Part shown: piece by piece, positions 56,967 through 64,000 of the stretch
Layout of the letters: each line of letters opens with the position of its first letter
Numbering within the stretch: the first letter of the stretch is position 1
Assembly (NCBI GenBank): GCA_964016885.1
Contig: OZ024756.1
Location: 24,552,001 to 24,616,000, forward strand
DNA from: Eledone cirrhosa
Lineage: Eukaryota
Direction of reading: 5' to 3'
Length of the DNA: 64,000 bases
Translations under genes and position numbers: made by a program
Notes under the pieces: model-generated
Database searches by the model: none
Seen by the model: the letters and a program-made list of their open reading frames with translations, nothing else
Told to the model about the DNA's origin: nothing

Positions 56967-57992
56967 GAAGTATATATAAATGTCTGTATGTATGTTGAAT
57001 AATTCAACCGTGAAGGCCATTACGTGTTTCCTCCCCTTCGCCACAGCCATAAGGCAGAAAATGACTTGATGATGATGATGATGATGATGTTGTTGTTATT
57101 GTGGTGGTGGTGGTGTATGCTGCTGTTGTTGTTGTGGTGGTGGTGGTGTATGCTGCTGTTGTTGTGGTTGTGGTGGTGGTGGTGGTGATGGTGTTTGCTT
57201 CTAAAAGAAAATACGTATTTGAATCCTTTGTTAATGGTAACATCCGGTTGTAACGTTTTGTTAGGTTAAATAGTCTTTACATACCTAAGAAGGAAAATAT
57301 GTCGCTATCGCCGTCCTCATCATCATCATCATCATCATTACCACCTTCAAGGCGAAATTCTCCTTTCGTTTTCTCAGGATAGATAAAATCAAGTACCAGT
57401 TAACTACTGTTCTCTTTTTAATTGATAATCTCACCCGTTAACATTGCTGGTCTTATTAGGAAAAGTACCCCCTCAGAAAAAAGTGGTCCTCTCAGGTCAG
57501 ACCTTCCTCAAGATCTGGACATCAGGACAGGACGTTACCAAACACTTGATGAGGTCCTCAGAGGACATTTCAACATGAAAAGTCCCTCACCAACAAGTTC
57601 CATTTAAAGATGAAGGTAAAGGTAGAGATCGAGGTGCTACCTTCCAGTAGGTTTATATAAAAGATAGGTGGGATTGAAGAAATTTGCTTGATAAAAGGGA
57701 TCCCACTCTATGAAGGTGTCTGTTGTTGGTGAACGGCCGTTGTAGTTGGTGTTACAGGCTAGTTATCCGTGGTTGTATGTGAGATACCCCTAAGGTACCC
57801 TAACGATTTTTGTACATCGCTCTATACATTTCAAGAGCCTTTCTAATTATTATATTTAGTTGTGATATAATTTTAGCAGTATCTATTACTGTGTCTATAT
57901 GGTTATTATTGTTCTGACGGTCCCCTTTTTACATCATCTAACACTTTCTCTCCATTCGTTGTTTCTTGTTTCTTGTTGTTGTGGTTACCAGT

Positions 57993-58042
<50 letters not shown>

Positions 58043-58124
58043 TCATGGAATGAAAAAGAAATATGAGCAAGCTCTCTCTTTAATGTCCTCTTGTATAAAT
58101 GGTTACAGTTGTGTCAATAATAAT

Positions 58125-58324
58125 TATAATAATTGTTTCTACTTTAGGCACAAGGCCAGCAATTACCCAGTGCATTACTGGTACTTTATTTTATCGAGCC
58201 CGTAAGGATGAAAGGCAAAGTCAACCTCGGCGGGATTTGAACTCAGATCGTAAAGGGACGTAACTATGCTGGAAAGCATGGTGTCCGACCCTCTACCGAT
58301 ACTGCCAATCTACCGTATAATAAT
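58125..58324 (-). mobile_element. Young SINE family A insertion, present in unit 2 and absent from unit 1
   Basis: TSD tataataat at 58125-58133 and 58316-58324. The empty site is at ~50235 in unit 1. Confidence 0.85.
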
Positions 58325-58376
58325 GTTTGAAAGAATATTATTGTCTATGTCCCCACCTTTAAATACAATATATATA

Positions 58377-58417
<41 letters not shown>

Positions 58418-59795
58418 AGTATATCTGTATTTAAATACCTTTAAATACAAAAATACAATATATATACACACACATATATATATATATATATATATTGTAT
58501 TTTTGTATTTAAAGGTGGGGACAGATTGCATACTTGTAAGCATACATGTGTCTGTATGTATATATTTATTCATATATGTATATATATTTACATGTAAATA
58601 CTTATATATACACAGAGGATGTATACATATACATTCATATAAGTAATTATCTGCCTTAATGCTATGGTGACGGCGGCATTCTTGGATGAAATATTTTTAA
58701 AAGAGCCTTTCTTCTCGCAACATAATACATACATACAGAAATGTATACATACTTCAACACACACACACACACACACTTATAAATGTATATAAATATAGAG
58801 AGAGAGACTCGAAAGCAGATAGTTCACGTTCTCCTATACCAGTAATACACTTCAACTAGAAAATTATTTGTTAACCAAGAGAGCTTTCTCAGTTCAAATA
58901 CCACCGATGTCAACTTTGCCTTTCATCCATCTGAGGTCGATAAAAACCTACCAGTTTGGTACTGGGGTCGATTCTTCCTCTCTCTTTCTTACTTCCATTC
59001 TCTCACTCTCTATTCTTCTCTGTGAATAATTGTTTCTACTTTTGGCCCAAGGCCAGCAATTACCCCAGTGCATTACTGGTACTTTATTTTATCGACCCCG
59101 TAAGGATGAAAGGCAAAGTTAACCTCGGCGGGATTTGAACTCAGAATTTGAACTCAGGATTTGAACTCAGGATTTGAACTCAGAATGGCAAGGGTCGTAA
59201 CTCCATGCGTCAAAGCATGGCGTCCGACCCTCTACCGAATAATTTACTGTATTCAGACCTGGAGAGGAGATGGGCTCCGCCAGGTTTAAAAATGCCCTAG
59301 AAAGGCTATATGTCACTACGGTGTCTCTACCACTTCATCAGGTATTATGGGACCACACCATGCTAATATACAACAATATTTTCTATATAATTTCAGACAA
59401 AATTTATTCCGGCACCCCCTCTACGTAAGTAACACATTTGGATATTTATTACTCACAGATTTTACATTATTTGTATTTAAACCTATATGGTGGATTGGCT
59501 ACATACAGTTATTATTTGTATATACAAGGACGGTGGATTGGCAGTATCAGTAGAGAGACGGACACCATGTTGTTCAGCATAGAGTTACGACCCTTTACGG
59601 TCTGAGTTAAAATTCCGCCGAGGTTAACTTTGCCTTTCATTCTTACGAGGTCGATAAAATAAAGTACCAGTAATGTACAGGAGTCGATTTAATCGACTTT
59701 CACCATCCCCAGAATTACTGGCTTTGTGCTTAAATTAGAACTCATTATTTGTATATACACTTTCTAGCAATGTCTATATACATCCCACAGTCTTT

Positions 59796-59834
<39 letters not shown>

Positions 59835-59974
59835 AATATATGTGTGTGTGTGTGTATATCTTACAATGCAATACAATGACATTGTCAAGCGTAATCATGT
59901 TAGTAAGGAATATTGGTAAATATATTTTGGTTATGAGAATATTTTTCATTTATTAATATTTTGAATAATATATG

Positions 59975-60024
<50 letters not shown>

Positions 60025-60233
60025 TGTGTGTGTACATATATATATATATTCAATAGCTTCCGATCCATCCAGATATAAAAACAACAGCAGCAACAACAAC
60101 AATAACATCAACAAAAACTCTATATTTTCATATTTACCGCAGTATTTTATTGTTTAGATCAATGACATCTTAGAAAAGAATATTTTTGAGGAAACCATAT
60201 TTAATTATCCTTCTATTATTTATGTATTATAAA

Positions 60234-60288
<55 letters not shown>

Positions 60289-60400
60289 CACACACGCATA
60301 TATGTGTGTGTGTGTGTGTTTCAATAGCTATCGATCCATCTATTGATTATGTATTATAAAGAACTTGTATATTTAACTGCTTATATTTAATCTAAAATTT

Positions 60401-61724
60401 TCAGTAGAAGTATCTAGGTGACTTACTACACACAACACAGGTTAATTCTCTATTGTTCACGTATGGAGGACTTGGCAGTGACCCGACCATCGCTTGTACG
60501 TTATACAACAGAGCTCCGTTATCGTTTTTGTAACCGGCTGTGTCAGCTTCAGGTTCTTTATCGACACATATGTATTCACTTCTACCTTTGTGACCATAAT
60601 ATTCTGTCATCAGGTACCCCCAATATTCAGTTTGCCAACCAGTATAACATTCTATTCGTCCTGGAATCATTATTACCGAAGCCGGTGATTTAGTTTCACA
60701 GACTGCGCAAGGAACGTCTTGATCATGTAAAGAGTAGTCATGTTTATTGATAAACATTCCATTTTTTGGGCTACTTTTGTAATTTGACAGTTCATACTCT
60801 ACACCGTAAATAGTAGCAGCAACTTCAAAAGCGTCTGAGTAGTTGCCCCATTGCGGTTTCGATGTTAGACACAGAAAATTGCTTCCACCCCCAGCGTGTG
60901 TATAAAACTGTCCTGCAGCGAAACCTATCAACAAATATAAGAAAAGAAAAGAGAATTTCAGCTTCTATTATTCAACATCTAATGAACCAAAACATATATA
61001 TAGGGTCAATGGTAAATATGTGTTCTAGTGTACTCTTTGTAATATCAATTCAATCTGTTACATGTCGATCCCTAAAGAACTAGGCAGAACCTAATCAGCA
61101 GTTATACTTCGTACATATTTCGTCTTAGAAAGTCAGTATAAAGATGTTAAAACATTGAAACGAATGTGTGAAAATGTATGTTACAAGATTTCATAAGGTG
61201 TAGAAAACTATTTCTTTTTCTTTGTCAATATTGAAAGGTGTTTGTGTTATAGTGTAGATTTTTGAAAACAAAAATATCCAATGTTAAAATCTAGCACTTT
61301 ATATTCTTACCTGAATAGACTTTAGTAGCTGTTTTAGCGGTGCAATTTTTCTTTCCCCACTGTGTATATACCGCACCAGGAAGGGAACCTGCAAGATAAT
61401 TAAGCTTAATATAGAAATTTCTTTCTATATATATATATGATACTATTGGATATGTATTAGTCTAAAAACACATTCGTTGAAATACAAAATTAATGGAAAT
61501 GTATATTTGTCGATATTAAGATTGATCGAAGGCGATATTAATCGAATGACATATAAATTAAATGACACATTGATCGAAATACAAATTCTTAGAAAAATAT
61601 TCCTCGAAAATATTAATGCTTATGTATATTAATACTAACATACTCTTAGCACATATAAGTAAATATTACTGATTATCTAGTAATAAATATAGTAAATAAT
61701 ACACACATATATATAGCAACTGAA

Positions 61725-61788
<64 letters not shown>

Positions 61789-61912
61789 CATATTCCACTT
61801 CAGTTTATTGTCTTATATCACACCCGTTATGTATATTTCAAAGGCATTAAATGTCCTTATGTAATACCTGTTTAATGAATTGTTATTAGACAGGTGCTGA
61901 AAGAGAGAAGGT

Positions 61913-61967
<55 letters not shown>

Positions 61968-62286
61968 GGGACAGAGAGAGAGCGAATATGCATAGAGACA
62001 TGGTATTGAAAGTGCATATATAAATATTTTTTCTAACATTGCACAAGGTCAGCATCTTTGGAGGGAAAGAGAAAGTCAGTTTATAACGACCCGATTTCAT
62101 TACTCGTACTTATTTTATCGATCTCAGAAGGGATTTGAGCCCAGAACAAAGGCCGGAAATATTTTGTCCGCTGCTTTGACAATTCTGCCAATCCACCACT
62201 CTAGTGTATATAGAAATAATGTCAAATGTGTGTACAATAGTTATCAAAAGGTGTCACTTACGTTGCAATGGAGTAAACCATTTCCT
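60401..62286 (-). CDS. C4 (NC1)-like domain protein, copy 3 (partial; exon 1 lies beyond the window)
   Basis: Exons 62286-62262 (25-nt microexon), 61388-61311 and 60924-60401, with the frame preserved. Confidence 0.8.
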
Positions 62287-64000
62287 CTGAAATTATAGAG
62301 CAAATATAGTTGTGTCAGATATGTTATAAATATATTTGAATAAAGTAGTAGTAGATACATGCAGGTTAGTAGGATTATTTAATTGGCAGTATCGGGAGAG
62401 CATTGGACACCATGCTTTCTAGCATAGTTACGTCCCTTTACAGTCTGAGTTCAAATCCCACCGAGGTTAACTTTGCCTTTCATCCTTACGGGGTCGATGA
62501 AATAAAGTACCAGTAATGTACTGGGTAATTGCTGGCCTTGTGCCTATATAAGAAACAATTATTTACCATACTGTAGCAGTGGAAGTAGTAGTAGTAGTAG
62601 TAGTAATGATAACAGTAGTAGTAGTAGTAGTAGTCGTAGTAGTAATAGCAGCAGCAGTAGTAATAGTAAAATTAGCAGCAGCAGTAGTAGTAGTAGTAGC
62701 AGAGCAGCAACATCAGCAGTACTAGTAGTAGTTGTATATATTTGAGTGTAGCTTTTTTTCCGACAATTGTTGTTTTTGCTGCTGTGTATTTTGTACTGGT
62801 AATAGTTGGTTCGTGAAGGTACGTAGCTTAGTGGTTAGCGTATTGAGCTTATGATTATAATGTCGTGACAACGACAGCTGGACCGGGTAAAATTCTTGAA
62901 CAAAATACTTCATTTCGGGTTGGTTGAGGTCAATTCAGCTGAATATAAGTACCATCAGCAGTAACATCTGGCAGTTAACCCTGTGATCAGTTCACATCTG
63001 GGAGTCAGCTCCCAGTCGTTTAACGCCAATGAAACTGCTATAAGGTGAGCCTTTTGGTCCTAGAGACCAAATTTAACTAAATCTAATGGTCAAAATATTA
63101 AAATATTTTGACCATTAGATTTAGTTAAATTTGGTCTTAATCCGTCTCCCAGTTTAAACCAACAACATAGAATATAGATGTCTTTAGTATTGGACCAGGC
63201 CTCCGGCTTTAAAATACATTCTCCCACCTGTTTCTGAGGCTCTGAAAAGAATCATGAATGGTGCTCCAAAGCATTTGTGCATGTTCTAGGAATCCTGGAA
63301 ATACCGTGCGACTAGCTTTCTGGACAGATGTATCAATCAGTTTGTTCTTTACCAGGTATTTTGATATTCTCCAAGCCAGTACTCCGTTAATCATGTTTCA
63401 ATACATACTAAGGAGAGATATCGGCTCCTTCCTTCTATTTTAACTTGAAGAGATATTCTCGTAAGATTGAAGTTGAAGCCATCTTGTTGCCAGTTCTGCT
63501 CTCTTGGTTAACAAATAATTTTCTAGTTGCAGGATATTACTGGTATAGGAGAACGTGAACCATCTGCTTTCGAGTCTCTCTCTCTCTCTATATATACATA
63601 AGTGTGTATGTGCGTGTGTTGAAGTATGTATCAATTTCTGTATGTATGTTGAAATATTTCAACCGTGAAAGCCATTACCTGTTTCCTCCCCTTCGCCACA
63701 ACCATAAGGCAGAGAATGACTTGATGATGATGATGATGATGACGATGATGACGGTACATGGTGCTAGAAGATGATACAGGGTAGTACATGACGATACATG
63801 ACGGCACATGACAGTACATGACGGTACATCCTGACACAAGCCGACACAGGACGGTACAGGATCGTGCAAAACGGTACAGGACTGTACCGGACGTTACATT
63901 AATGTAGATGATGGTACAGGACGGTACAGTATGACACAGGATGGTACAGGACGGTATAGGCTGACACAGGACGGTACAGGACGAGACACGATGACACAAG

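Overview
AT-rich, microsatellite- and SINE-dense eukaryotic DNA. The repeat landscape suggests a cephalopod mollusc, probably Octopus (inference). From left to right: (1) a probable terminal exon of an upstream gene at ~2.3 kb; (2) about 10 kb of (TA)n-type microsatellite, containing several long palindromes, hammerhead-ribozyme-like motifs and one 200-N assembly gap; (3) a SINE cluster, then a 20/21-bp satellite interrupted by RTE-LINE fragments; (4) nested MITE, Tx1 and mariner remnants; (5) an intact + strand gene with 4 coding exons for a ~731-aa TPR + split-SET/MYND (SMYD-type) lysine methyltransferase with a second, C-terminal MYND finger; (6) a single-exon, 206-aa orphan with about 4 TM segments; (7) a Penelope-like retroelement remnant; (8) from ~43.9 kb to the window end, a head-to-tail array of ~8-kb units. 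Each unit carries a 4-exon - strand gene for a signal-anchored 'short-chain collagen C4/NC1-like' domain protein that has no collagen helix. The copies differ in a 22- versus 25-nt microexon, in the C-terminus and at a few domain residues. All exon and repeat calls were made by eye, and no database search was run.
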